The notes beneath the pieces are model-generated. The model did not search any database. It saw only the letters and a list, made by a program, of their open reading frames with translations, and was not told the DNA's origin. From an uncultured Chloroflexia bacterium (GTDB lineage: Bacteria; Chloroflexota; Limnocylindria; Limnocylindrales; CSP1-4), in contig CAVVJT010000006.1 of the NCBI GenBank assembly GCA_963748625.1, forward strand, positions 1 through 64,000: a stretch of 64,000 bases of DNA, written 5' to 3'. The translations under genes were made by a program, and so were the position numbers. Each line of letters opens with the position of its first letter. The stretch's first letter is position 1. Of this stretch, positions 55,493 through 64,000 are shown in pieces.

Positions 55493-56743
55493 ATGGTTCG
55501 CTCCGACAACGCCCTCGTCGCACCGGAAGAGCTCGCCGCGCTGCGGGCGAGCATCGAGCGGGCCTACCCGGCCTATCTCGCCGACCTCGAACGGCTCGTG
55601 AACACGGACTGCGGCAGCTACACGAAGGCCGGCGTGGACGCCATCGGCCACTGGACCGCGGAGCGGCTCCGGATCCTGGGCTTTGCGGTGACGGCGCACG
55701 AGAACGACGAGGACCTGGGCGAGACGGTCATCGGCGAGCTGCGAGGGACCGACCCTGACGGGCCGACGCTCCTCTGCATCGGCCACATGGACACGGTCTT
55801 CGACCCCGGGACGGTCGAGGAGCGGCCGTTCGCCATCCAGGGGGGCATCGCCACGGGCCCCGGTGTCACGGACATGAAGAGCGGGCTGCTGGCAGGGCTG
55901 CACGCGATCGCCGCCGTGCGCGAGGTCCTGGGCGGCGTCCCGTTCGCGCGCCTGGTGTTCGTCGCCAATCCGGACGAAGAGATCGGGTCGCCGGTGTCCA
56001 CGCCGCACATCCGGCGGCTCGCCCGCGAGGCCGATGCATGCCTGGTCTTCGAGTGCGCGCGCGGGAACGGCGACATCGTGTCGTCGCGGAAGGGGACGCT
56101 GGACCTGGTCGTCACGGTGACCGGGCGGGCGGCCCATGCCGGCGTTGAGCCCGAGAAGGGGCGCAGCGCGGTCCTCGAGGCCGCCCGGATCACGCTGGAC
56201 CTCCACGCGCTCAACGGGCGCTGGGCGGGGGTCACGGTCAACGTCGGGGTCATCGAGGGCGGCACGCGGCCGAACGTTGTCGCGGAGCGATGCTCGCTCG
56301 AGGTGGATGTGCGGGCGGTGACGCGCGAGGGCCTGGAGGGGGTCGAGGCGGCGATCGCCCGCGTCCTCGCGCCGCAGCTCGTGCCGGACGTCACGGTGGA
56401 GTCCGTCCAGACCGGCCGTCACTGGCCGATGGAGAAGCTGGAGCGGTCCTGCAGGCTCGTCGAGCGTGCCGTGAGCCTCGCCGACGAGCTGGGCTTCGAG
56501 CTCCGTGACGCCATGACCGGCGGAGCGTCGGACGCGAACACGACTGCGGGCATGGGCGTGCCCACGCTCGACGGGCTGGGCCCCATCGGCGGGATGGACC
56601 ACTCGCCGCAGGAGTACCTGGAGGTCGCGTCGATCGTTCCCCGGACCACGCTGCTCGCCGCGTTGATCGTGGCCGTCGGGCGCGACCCCGAAGTCCGGCG
56701 CTGGCGGGCCGAACGCCTGGCGAGGACGGGTGTCGCGCGGTGA
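55493..56743 (+). CDS. M20 family metallopeptidase (carboxypeptidase G2-like)
   Basis: GHMDTVF, GPGVTDMKSG, DEEIGS, GRAAHAG, GGASDAN, DGLGPIGG.DHS..E; TAGACT -10 lies 6 nt before the ATG. Confidence 0.92.
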   Translation: MVRSDNALVAPEELAALRASIERAYPAYLADLERLVNTDCGSYTKAGVDAIGHWTAERLRILGFAVTAHENDEDLGETVIGELRGTDPDGPTLLCIGHMDTVFDPGTVEERPFAIQGGIATGPGVTDMKSGLLAGLHAIAAVREVLGGVPFARLVFVANPDEEIGSPVSTPHIRRLAREADACLVFECARGNGDIVSSRKGTLDLVVTVTGRAAHAGVEPEKGRSAVLEAARITLDLHALNGRWAGVTVNVGVIEGGTRPNVVAERCSLEVDVRAVTREGLEGVEAAIARVLAPQLVPDVTVESVQTGRHWPMEKLERSCRLVERAVSLADELGFELRDAMTGGASDANTTAGMGVPTLDGLGPIGGMDHSPQEYLEVASIVPRTTLLAALIVAVGRDPEVRRWRAERLARTGVAR

Positions 56744-57126
56744 GTCGCCGCCACGTCGGGAGCGGAGGGCCCTGGGAGGCACGCGCCGGCTACTCGCGGG
56801 CCCTGGCCGTGGGCGACGCCTGCTTTGTGGCGGGCACCACGGACGCTGGGCCTGACGGCGAGTCGCGGAACCCGGGCGACGCCGCGGGCCAGGCGCGCGC
56901 GGCATTCGCGATCGTCGAGGGCGCGCTGATCGAGGCGGGCTTTGCCCTTGACGACGTGGTCAGGACCCGGATGTACGTCGTGGACCCGGGCGATGCCGAC
57001 GTCGTCGCGGCGGTTCACGGCGAGCTGTTCCGGCATGTTCGGCCGGCCGCAACCCTGGTCGTGGTCGCGGGTCTGATGCGCCCCAGCCTCCGCGTCGAGG
57101 TGGAGGCGGAGGCCCGGCGCGGCTGA
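56740..57126 (+). CDS. RidA/YjgF family protein
   Basis: GYSRA, VAGTT, DVVRTRMYV, RPAAT, VEVEAEA; GTGA overlap with the M20 gene. Confidence 0.92.
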   Translation: MSRRHVGSGGPWEARAGYSRALAVGDACFVAGTTDAGPDGESRNPGDAAGQARAAFAIVEGALIEAGFALDDVVRTRMYVVDPGDADVVAAVHGELFRHVRPAATLVVVAGLMRPSLRVEVEAEARRG

Positions 57127-57144
57127 GCGGAGGCGGGCCTCCGC
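57127..57144 (+). terminator. GC-rich hairpin immediately after the ridA stop
   Basis: GCGGAGG-cggg-CCTCCGC; no U-tract. Confidence 0.35.
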
Positions 57145-57202
57145 CATGCGGACCTGCGCCCGTCGCGCCCGTCGCGGGCTGTGAGCCTGGTTCCTGTCGG
57201 AT

Positions 57203-57463
57203 GCCCGTGGAGCGGACCGTGTCCGGCCATCTGCCACCGGTGGGTCGGGTCGGGTGGACACCGGGCACCGTGGTGCGTGCCTGGGCTCGCCATCACGCGC
57301 GCGACCCTCCCGCCGCTGGTCCATCACGCGGACCGTAGGCGAGACGCTCCTGCCTACCGTCCGCCACCCGGACGGATGGCGGAAGGACCGCCGTCCGGAG
57401 CCGATACCGTCCGTGGAGCGGACCGCTGGCGGGATGGGGCGAGATAGCGTCCGCTGGGCGGAC
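57203..57463. repeat. Cluster of GTCCG-N5-CGGAC palindromic repeats (REP-like), copy B
   Basis: Units at 57203, 57319, 57359, 57409 and 57449; pairs are 40 bp apart and offset by 90 bp. Confidence 0.65.
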
Positions 57464-57515
57464 AATCGGCGGGAAGCGGGGCGGAAGTGGGGCGGGAACG
57501 GCCCACCACGTCCGG

Positions 57516-57848
57516 TCAGCCCAGGCTCAGCATCCGGGCCAGCGCCACGAATGCGACGCCCGCGATCAGCCCCAGGAGCAGGTTCCTGCGCCAGGCGACC
57601 ACGGCCACGCACACTAGCACCCCCAGGATCTCCGGGCCCAGGACGATCGACCGCGCCCCCGCGTCGTCCGTCCGGACGAGGGTCTGGGTTGCCGCGATGG
57701 ACGCCAGGATGGCAGGCCCGACGAGCCGGAGGTAGACAAGGGCACGGGGCGGCAGGCGCTCGATGCCCGGCGCCAGGAGCGGCACGGCCCGGGAGGGGTA
57801 CGTGACAGCTGCCATCAGCAGCGCGAGGAGAACGAGCTCCGTGCTCAA
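57516..57848 (-). CDS. azlD: AzlD-domain branched-chain amino acid exporter small subunit
   Basis: MAAVTYPSRAVP, LVGPAILAS, RRNLLLGL; TTG start overlaps the azlC stop. Confidence 0.85.
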   Translation of the reverse strand: MSTELVLLALLMAAVTYPSRAVPLLAPGIERLPPRALVYLRLVGPAILASIAATQTLVRTDDAGARSIVLGPEILGVLVCVAVVAWRRNLLLGLIAGVAFVALARMLSLG

Positions 57849-58651
57849 GGCGTCCCCCCGGCCGGCAGCTCGTCGACCTCGGCCATCGCCTCGTCAAGGT
57901 CCACGCGCAGGCCCGTGAGGTCCGACTCCGGCGCCACCTGCGAGCCGCCGTCGGGTATCGCCATGCCGATCAGCGGTCCGAGGAGGCCTCCGGCCACGAT
58001 CCCGACGCTCGGCCCGAGGAGCAGCGAGAACAGCACGCCGATCGCCGCGCCCGCCCCCGCGGCGACGATCTCGCGGCGGCCGGTCGCGAGGCCCACCGCC
58101 AGGCCGGCCATCGCGGCCGGGAACACGACGTCGAGCCCGTACGCGGAAGGGTCGACGATCGCGCCGCCCAGCAGCACCCCGGCGAGCGTGGCGAGGTTCC
58201 ACGGGATGAACACGCCCAGGACCGCCCCAATCCAGTAGCCCGGGACGTCCACGCGCCCGATCCGGTGGAAGTGGGTGGCGGCAAGTGCGAACGCCTCGTC
58301 GGTGAGCACGTGGGCCATCGCGGCGCGCTGGAGGAACGGGAGCTGTCGCAGCCGCGGCGCCAGCGATGCGCTGTAGAGCAGGTGGCGGGCGTTCAGGAAG
58401 AACGTGAGCACGAGGATGGGCAGCCAGGGCAGGCCGGCGCTCACGTAGCCCACGGCCGCGAACTGCGCCGCGCCGGAGAAGGCAAACACGCTCATCGCGG
58501 CCGCCTCGATGGTCGAGTAGCCGGCGTCGCGGGCGGCCAGCCCGAACACGAACCCGAACCCGACGGCAGATACGGCGATGCCCGCGGTGTCCAGGAGGAG
58601 GCGGTGGCGCGCGGCCCGCAGCTCGGCGTCGGCCCCGTTAGTGTCGCTCAA
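57845..58651 (-). CDS. azlC: AzlC family branched-chain amino acid exporter
   Basis: FSGAAQF, NARHLLYSASL, LTDEAFA, YGLDVVFPA; TTG start at 58651. Confidence 0.9.
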   Translation of the reverse strand: MSDTNGADAELRAARHRLLLDTAGIAVSAVGFGFVFGLAARDAGYSTIEAAAMSVFAFSGAAQFAAVGYVSAGLPWLPILVLTFFLNARHLLYSASLAPRLRQLPFLQRAAMAHVLTDEAFALAATHFHRIGRVDVPGYWIGAVLGVFIPWNLATLAGVLLGGAIVDPSAYGLDVVFPAAMAGLAVGLATGRREIVAAGAGAAIGVLFSLLLGPSVGIVAGGLLGPLIGMAIPDGGSQVAPESDLTGLRVDLDEAMAEVDELPAGGTP

Positions 58652-58667
58652 GCGGCCCGCCGGGGGA

Positions 58668-58940
58668 CTAGCGCAGGAAGGACTTCGCGCAGGTCCCGTC
58701 GCAGACCGTGAAGACCGCGCGCTTCTCGATGGCGTAGCCCGCGGCATGCAGGAGGCCGGCGCAGCCCGTGGTGGGGCACTTCCACACCCACCATCGGTCG
58801 TTGTGGTCCAGGGGGATGGCCTCGGCCTTGAGCTTGTCGGCGAGACCCTCGCGCCCCCCGATCAGCTCGGCGACACAGGCCGCGCGAACGGCCTCGGTCT
58901 CGCTGGTGTAGGGGTAGTTCTGGCCGACGTTCGAGGTCAC
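58668..58940 (-). CDS. Small putative metal-binding protein (90 aa)
   Basis: GGAGG Shine-Dalgarno with GTG at 58940; WKCPTTGC..LLH...VCDGTC (C-x4-C...C-x3-C); high GC3. Confidence 0.72.
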   Translation of the reverse strand: MTSNVGQNYPYTSETEAVRAACVAELIGGREGLADKLKAEAIPLDHNDRWWVWKCPTTGCAGLLHAAGYAIEKRAVFTVCDGTCAKSFLR

Positions 58941-59061
58941 GGGCGCCTCCGCTGTCCACACGGGGCCGGCGGCAGATCGGTGTGAACGCGGCTGCCACCG
59001 GCTGGCGGAGGATACCACCCGGCGGCGGCTGCTCCGGGCCGTCCGCCACCCGTCCGAGGGC

Positions 59062-60726
59062 TCATCGAACCGCCGGCAGCCCCGCGCTCCGGGGATCCGT
59101 GGCAGCGGCCAGGGATCCGGCCGCCGCGGGTCCGCCGTCCACCAGCTCGATGGCGTGCTCGTGCCCCAGGCCGCCCTCGTACGAGACGTGCCCGAGTCGG
59201 TGCCCCCGCTCGAGGAGCCCCGCCACCACCCCGTCCCCGAGCTCGCCGTCCGTGAGGACGCGCACGGGCGGCGCGAGCCATCCGTCCGGCTCGACCGTGA
59301 TCCGGGGCGCCGCAACCGCGGTCGCGATGTCCGCCCCGCCGTCCACCAGTGCGGACACGAGCTGGACGTGGATCTGGGGCTGGATGTCGCCGCCCATGGA
59401 CCCGGCAACGACCCACGGGCGCCGTTCTCCTTCGCGGAACAGCATCCCGGGCATGAGGGTATGGGCCGTTCGCTTGCGCGGCTCGAGGACGTTGGGGTGG
59501 GACGGATCCAGCGAGAACGACGCGCCGCGGTTCTGGAAGTGCACGCCTGTCGCCGGGTCCAGGACGCCGGACCCGAAGCCCGCCGCATTCGACTGGATGA
59601 GGCTGACGGCGTTGCCCTCGGCGTCCACGACGCCCAGCCAGATCGTGCCGCCCACGAGGGTGCGAGCCGGGGGCGGTGCCGGGTCGGCGCGTGACGGATC
59701 GACCCGGGCGGCCAGCGCCAAGGCGTGCTCTCGCGAGAGGAGCCGCTCCACCGGGACGTCGCGGAACCCAGGGTCCGTGAGCAGCCGGTCGCGGTCCCCG
59801 AAGGCGAGCTTGGCGGCCTCGAGCTGGAGGTGTGGCCAGGCGGCGTCGGACCAGCCGTGACCGGTGAAGCGGGCGCCCGGCGGGGGCTCGAACTGCTCCA
59901 GGACGTTGAGGATCTCGAGGGCCAGAACGCCGCTGCTGTTGGGCGGGTGCGTCGTGACCCGGACGCCCCGGTACGTGGTGGAGATCGGTGAGCCCCAGGT
60001 GCTGCGGTGCTCCCGCAGGTCGGCCGCGGTGTGCGCGCCGCCGAACGCCCGCAGCCCGGCCGCGATCCGCTCACCCAGGTCACCGTCGTAGCAGGCGTCG
60101 AAGCCGTCGACGGCGAGGGTGCGCAGGGAGGCGGCCAGCGCGGGGAGCCGGATCAGCTCGCCGTGCCGCCACGGGCGCCCCTCGGGCCGCCACACGCTCC
60201 GGAACCCGGCCGTCCACGGCTCCCGGCCCAGGCTCGCCTCCGTCCCCTCCACGGCGTCCACCAGCCCGGCCCACGCCGGGAACCCGGCCGCCGCGTGCTC
60301 GATCGCCGCCGCGAGCACCGCGTCGCGGGACAGGCGGCCCCAGCGGCGATGGGCATCGGCCCAGGAGCGAACCGCGCCCGGGACCGTGATGGCGAGCGGC
60401 CCGCGCAGCGGAATCCGGTCCAGGCCACGGTCGCGCAGCCCGGCGGCGTCCACCCCGGCCGGTGAGCGCCCGGAGCCGTTGAGGGCCACCTGCTCGCCGG
60501 CCGCCTCGTCCCACACCAGCCAGAACGCGTCGCCGCCGATCCCACAACCGTTGGGCATCACCACGCCCAGCACGGCGTTGGTGGCGATGGCGGCGTCCAC
60601 GGCATGCCCGCCGGCCGCAAGCACGGCCAACCCGGCCGCCGTCGCGAGATGATGCGGCGCCACGACGGCACCGCGGGTTCCGCGGACCAGCCGGGCGGGA
60701 ACGAGCGCCACGTCAGGCTCTGGCAT
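59062..60726 (-). CDS. ggt: Gamma-glutamyltransferase family Ntn hydrolase (YwrD/HpxW-like)
   Basis: GGHAVDAAIA, GIGGDAF, TVPGAV, PPNSSG, nucleophile G-T-IWLGVVD, QNRG, HTLMP, GSMGG, DPRS.G. Confidence 0.92.
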   Translation of the reverse strand: MPEPDVALVPARLVRGTRGAVVAPHHLATAAGLAVLAAGGHAVDAAIATNAVLGVVMPNGCGIGGDAFWLVWDEAAGEQVALNGSGRSPAGVDAAGLRDRGLDRIPLRGPLAITVPGAVRSWADAHRRWGRLSRDAVLAAAIEHAAAGFPAWAGLVDAVEGTEASLGREPWTAGFRSVWRPEGRPWRHGELIRLPALAASLRTLAVDGFDACYDGDLGERIAAGLRAFGGAHTAADLREHRSTWGSPISTTYRGVRVTTHPPNSSGVLALEILNVLEQFEPPPGARFTGHGWSDAAWPHLQLEAAKLAFGDRDRLLTDPGFRDVPVERLLSREHALALAARVDPSRADPAPPPARTLVGGTIWLGVVDAEGNAVSLIQSNAAGFGSGVLDPATGVHFQNRGASFSLDPSHPNVLEPRKRTAHTLMPGMLFREGERRPWVVAGSMGGDIQPQIHVQLVSALVDGGADIATAVAAPRITVEPDGWLAPPVRVLTDGELGDGVVAGLLERGHRLGHVSYEGGLGHEHAIELVDGGPAAAGSLAAATDPRSAGLPAVR

Positions 60727-61993
60727 CGGCCGCCACGCCGCCCACCTGGTGCTCGTACCGGCGCAGCCTGCTCAGCGGCAGGAAGGCGATCGCCAGGAGG
60801 ATCAGCGACGCGACGAGGATTCCGTCGAGCCCCGCCGCCTGGGCCGCCACGCCGCCCACGATGCTGCCCACGATCTGACCGAGGCCCAGGAACACCGAGT
60901 AGAGGCCCATGATCGCGCCCCGGTCGTCGGGGTAGGCCTCGGTCATGTCCGCGAGCAGGCCGATGGCGGCGGGCGTGGCTCCGGCGAGGACGAACAGACC
61001 CGCAGCCGCGATCACGACCAGCGCGAGCAGCAGCGGCAGGGGGTCGGCGCCCACGTGGTTGATGGCCGCGGCGGCCGTCAGCATCACCGCGCCGCCGATG
61101 ATCCCGTAGACGATGATCGACGTCCTGCGCATGCTCTTGAACTTGCCGCCCCAGTAGAACAGGCCCGCGAAGAACAGGAGCCCGCCGATCGCCAGGCCCG
61201 CGCTGACCTGGAGCGGGTCGAAGCCGCCCATGAGCTGCTGCTCCGAGAACCGCGGGTCGGGCTCGCGGACCAGCTGGAACAGTGTCTGGCTGGTGTACAG
61301 GCCGAGCGTGGCGTTGATGGCGATCCACGTGGGCGCCAGCAGCCAGACGTGGGAACCGCGCAGGATCCGGAGGTAGCGATGCAGGCCCTCGTCGGGATCG
61401 TGGCCGTGGGCCGCCGGCGCCGGCTCGGCGTGCTCGGGGACACCCAGCTTGTAGATCGCGAAGGAGACGCCGTACAGGACCGCGTTGGCCAGGAACGCCG
61501 TGGGGCCCAAGGCAGCGAACAGCGGGCCCGCGACGACGAAGCCGAGCAGCAGCCCCGCCAGGGTCGCGGCCTCGAACCGGGCGACGGCTTTGCCCCGCAA
61601 CAGCTCGTCGGAGGCGGTGGCGAAGGCGATGAACCCCAGGATCGAGGGTACCGACGCGGCCGTCGACGCTCCCTCGAGCAGGCGGGTGAAACCGATGACC
61701 GGGAGGCTGACCGCGAACGCCGTGATGATGACGGCGACTGCGCCGAATGCCGGGCCAACGAGCATGATCCGGCGGTGGCCGACGCGATCCGACAGGACAC
61801 CGAAGATCGGCGAGAGCACGAGCTCGCTCGCGTAGAACAGCGCCCCCAGGACGCCGATCTCCCATGCCTCCACGGTCTCGCCGCCGTACCGGGGCAGGAC
61901 GGCCAGGTAGTAGATCAGCATGGCGCCGGTCACGCCCGTCGCGAGTCGCAGCGTGAAGGTGCCGAAGATCACCGCGAGGATGGGACGCGCCAT
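60713..61993 (-). CDS. MFS transporter
   Basis: About 12 TM segments; GVLSDRVGHRR motif A; overlaps the ggt start. Confidence 0.9.
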   Translation of the reverse strand: MARPILAVIFGTFTLRLATGVTGAMLIYYLAVLPRYGGETVEAWEIGVLGALFYASELVLSPIFGVLSDRVGHRRIMLVGPAFGAVAVIITAFAVSLPVIGFTRLLEGASTAASVPSILGFIAFATASDELLRGKAVARFEAATLAGLLLGFVVAGPLFAALGPTAFLANAVLYGVSFAIYKLGVPEHAEPAPAAHGHDPDEGLHRYLRILRGSHVWLLAPTWIAINATLGLYTSQTLFQLVREPDPRFSEQQLMGGFDPLQVSAGLAIGGLLFFAGLFYWGGKFKSMRRTSIIVYGIIGGAVMLTAAAAINHVGADPLPLLLALVVIAAAGLFVLAGATPAAIGLLADMTEAYPDDRGAIMGLYSVFLGLGQIVGSIVGGVAAQAAGLDGILVASLILLAIAFLPLSRLRRYEHQVGGVAADARA

Positions 61994-62175
61994 GCATGGA
62001 AGCGTATCGGGTCGGGACCGTGCGGTCGTGCCCGAATTTCCGCCGGGACTGATCGTGGCCGCGCGGGCGTGCGCGCCGGTTGCTGTCGCCGAGCCACGCC
62101 GCTCCGTATGATCCGTGTCCCGAGAGGGAGCCCCGCCCGCGGCGGCAACCGTCAGCGCCCGAGGAGGCCCAGCCC

Positions 62176-63021
62176 GTGTCCCGTGTCGCGATCGTCACCG
62201 ACTCTGCCAGCGACCTGCCGCCCGAGGTCGCGGCCGCGGCCGGCATCACCATCGTCCCGCTGGTCGTGAACTTCGGGTCCGAGACGTTCCGCCCGAACGT
62301 CAACCTGACCACCGACGAGTTCTGGGCCCGGATGACCGCGCCCGACGCGCCGTTCCCGACGACCGCCGCCGCCTCGCCGGGCGACTTCGGGAAGGCCTAC
62401 CAGGCGGCGTTCGGCGCCGGCGCCGGCGCCGTCGTCTGCATCACCGTGTCGGGCGACCTGTCCGGCACGCTCAAGTCCGCGACGCTCGGCGCGCAGGGGC
62501 TGCCGGACCGCGAGATCCACGTCATCGACTCCCGCTCCGCGTCCATGGGCCACGGGATGCTGGCCCAGGTAGGCGCGGAGATGGCAGCCGAGGGGGCGAC
62601 CGGGGCGGTGATCGCGGCGGCCCTCGAGGAGGCCAGGACGCGCATCAACCTGTACGTGGCGCTGGACACGCTCGAGTACCTCAAGCGCGGCGGGCGGATC
62701 AGCGGCGCGCGCGCGGCGATGGGCACGATGCTCTCGATCAAGCCGATCATCACGGTGACCGACGGCCTGGTGGAGAACGCCGAGCGGGTGCGGACCCGGG
62801 CGAAGGCGCGCGAGCGCTGCCTGGAGCTCCTGACCGAGCGTCCGATGGAGCGGGTGACCGTCCTGCACACCACCAACGCCGATGTCGAGGAGTTCCGTGC
62901 CCGGCTCATCGAGCGGGCCGGACTGGATCCGGCCAGGGTCCAGACGATGACCGTCGGGCCGTCCGTTGGCCCGCACCTTGGCCCGGGCTGCGTCGGCGCC
63001 GTGGCGATCTACGAGGCCTGA
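62176..63021 (+). CDS. DegV family fatty-acid-binding protein
   Basis: [51 protein letters not shown]; GGAGG Shine-Dalgarno. Confidence 0.94.
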   Translation: MSRVAIVTDSASDLPPEVAAAAGITIVPLVVNFGSETFRPNVNLTTDEFWARMTAPDAPFPTTAAASPGDFGKAYQAAFGAGAGAVVCITVSGDLSGTLKSATLGAQGLPDREIHVIDSRSASMGHGMLAQVGAEMAAEGATGAVIAAALEEARTRINLYVALDTLEYLKRGGRISGARAAMGTMLSIKPIITVTDGLVENAERVRTRAKARERCLELLTERPMERVTVLHTTNADVEEFRARLIERAGLDPARVQTMTVGPSVGPHLGPGCVGAVAIYEA

Positions 63022-63162
63022 TCGAGTCGCCGGTTGCGATGCATCGGTGCGGGCGAGAACCTCGGCAGCGTCCCGGACCCCTGCCACTCGACAGGGACGG
63101 CGAGGTGACGGATTGGTTGCGGCAGGGTGACGAGCGGCCCGTGGGCGGGGCCGTCTCGTGGC

Positions 63163-63308
63163 TATACTCGGACTTCGAAGGCGGCGTGCGACGAGCGGCC
63201 GGCCATGCCGTGGCCGGCACTCGAAACCGCCCCCGTGGGGTCGTCCGGATGACGACCCATCGCTCAGGGACGGCGTCCACCGCCCCGCCACCGAGGATCT
63301 TCCGTTCC
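63163..63308 (+). promoter_or_regulatory. -10 promoter plus a structured 5' leader of gdhA
   Basis: TATACT at 63163; nested stem GGCGG/CGAG/GCCGGCCA...TGGCCGGC/CTCG/CCGCC (63180-63231) and hairpin GGGTCGTC-cggat-GACGACCC (63238-63258). Confidence 0.45.
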
Positions 63309-64000
63309 ATGACGACGGAGAAGGCAACGGCGCCGATCAACGCCTGGCAGGTCGCGCAGCACCAGTTTGATCTCGCGGCCGAGATGCTCAACCTTGACCC
63401 GGGCCTGCGCAATGTGCTGCGCGAGCCGCGCCGCGAGCTCACGGTCCACTTCCCGGTGCACATGGACGACGGTACCGTCCAGGTCTTCACCGGCTATCGC
63501 GTCCAGCACAATCTCGGCCGAGGCCCCGCCAAGGGCGGCATCCGGTACCATCAGGACGTCACGCTCGACGAGGTCAAGGCCCTCGCGATGTGGATGACCT
63601 GGAAGTGCGCGGTCGTGGGTATCCCGTACGGTGGCGGCAAGGGCGGCGTCAGCGTCGACCCCAAGAAGCTGTCCCAGCGGGAGCTCGAGGGCCTCAGCCG
63701 CAGGTACTTCACCGAGATCTCGATCCTCATCGGACCCGAGCGCGACATCCCGGCGCCGGACGTCAACACGACGCCCCAGATCATGGCCTGGTTCATGGAC
63801 ACGTATTCCATGCACGTCGGCTACACGGTCCCCGGCGTGGTGACCGGGAAGCCGATCAGCCTGGGCGGCTCGGAGGGTCGCAACGAGGCCACCGCGCGCG
63901 GCTGCGTGTTCACGATCGTGGACGCGGCCAAGCACCTCGGCATGGACCTCGCCAGGACGACGACCGTCGTCCAGGGCTTCGGCAACGCCGGCTACATCGC
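63309..64000 (+). CDS. gdhA: Glu/Leu/Phe/Val dehydrogenase (glutamate dehydrogenase), 3'-truncated by the window edge
   Basis: Absent from the ORF track because it has no stop in the window; [60 protein letters not shown]. Confidence 0.94.
   Translation, partial: MTTEKATAPINAWQVAQHQFDLAAEMLNLDPGLRNVLREPRRELTVHFPVHMDDGTVQVFTGYRVQHNLGRGPAKGGIRYHQDVTLDEVKALAMWMTWKCAVVGIPYGGGKGGVSVDPKKLSQRELEGLSRRYFTEISILIGPERDIPAPDVNTTPQIMAWFMDTYSMHVGYTVPGVVTGKPISLGGSEGRNEATARGCVFTIVDAAKHLGMDLARTTTVVQGFGNAGYI

Noticed and set aside
53470-57463. Repeat clusters as a CRISPR array
   Set aside because: The units are short (15 bp), degenerate and irregularly grouped, and there are no cas genes in the window.

Overview
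Very GC-rich bacterial chromosomal segment (about 70%+ GC by eye) with about 50 real genes; most long ORFs in the track are antisense or frame shadows. The gene style (leaderless -10 promoters, GAAC-N4-GTWC SOS-type box, Pro/Thr-rich surface proteins) suggests a high-GC Terrabacterium such as Chloroflexota or Actinomycetota (inference only). From left to right: (1) the end of a surface-polysaccharide locus (DegT aminotransferase, Gfo/Idh/MocA oxidoreductase, two UDP-HexNAc dehydrogenases, WecB, two GT4s, an OafA/OatA-type O-acetyltransferase) ending at tRNA-His(GTG); (2) secreted and envelope genes (CAP protein, MacB/FtsX-type ABC transporter, BioY, M1 and S8 peptidases); (3) DNA-repair genes (a coiled-coil PD-(D/E)XK protein, Ku and LigD, and lhr-[phd/vapC]-nei behind a LexA-type box); (4) two adjacent putative cysteine peptidases, YyaL, TatA, an AcuC deacetylase-GNAT fusion and an ECF sigma/anti-sigma pair; (5) a nitrogen-storage and amino-acid neighbourhood (cphB-cphA, a second CphA-like gene, M20 peptidase, RidA, AzlCD, GGT, MFS, DegV, start of gdhA). 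The best candidate for an undescribed system is the extended cyanophycin locus. It carries a CphA paralog with a degenerate N domain and an intact Mur-ligase module but no ATP-grasp domain, paired head-to-head with an M20 peptidase and bracketed by two clusters of a GTCCG-N5-CGGAC palindromic repeat. No CRISPR array, integrase or transposase was found. All calls come from reading the sequence; no database searches were run.
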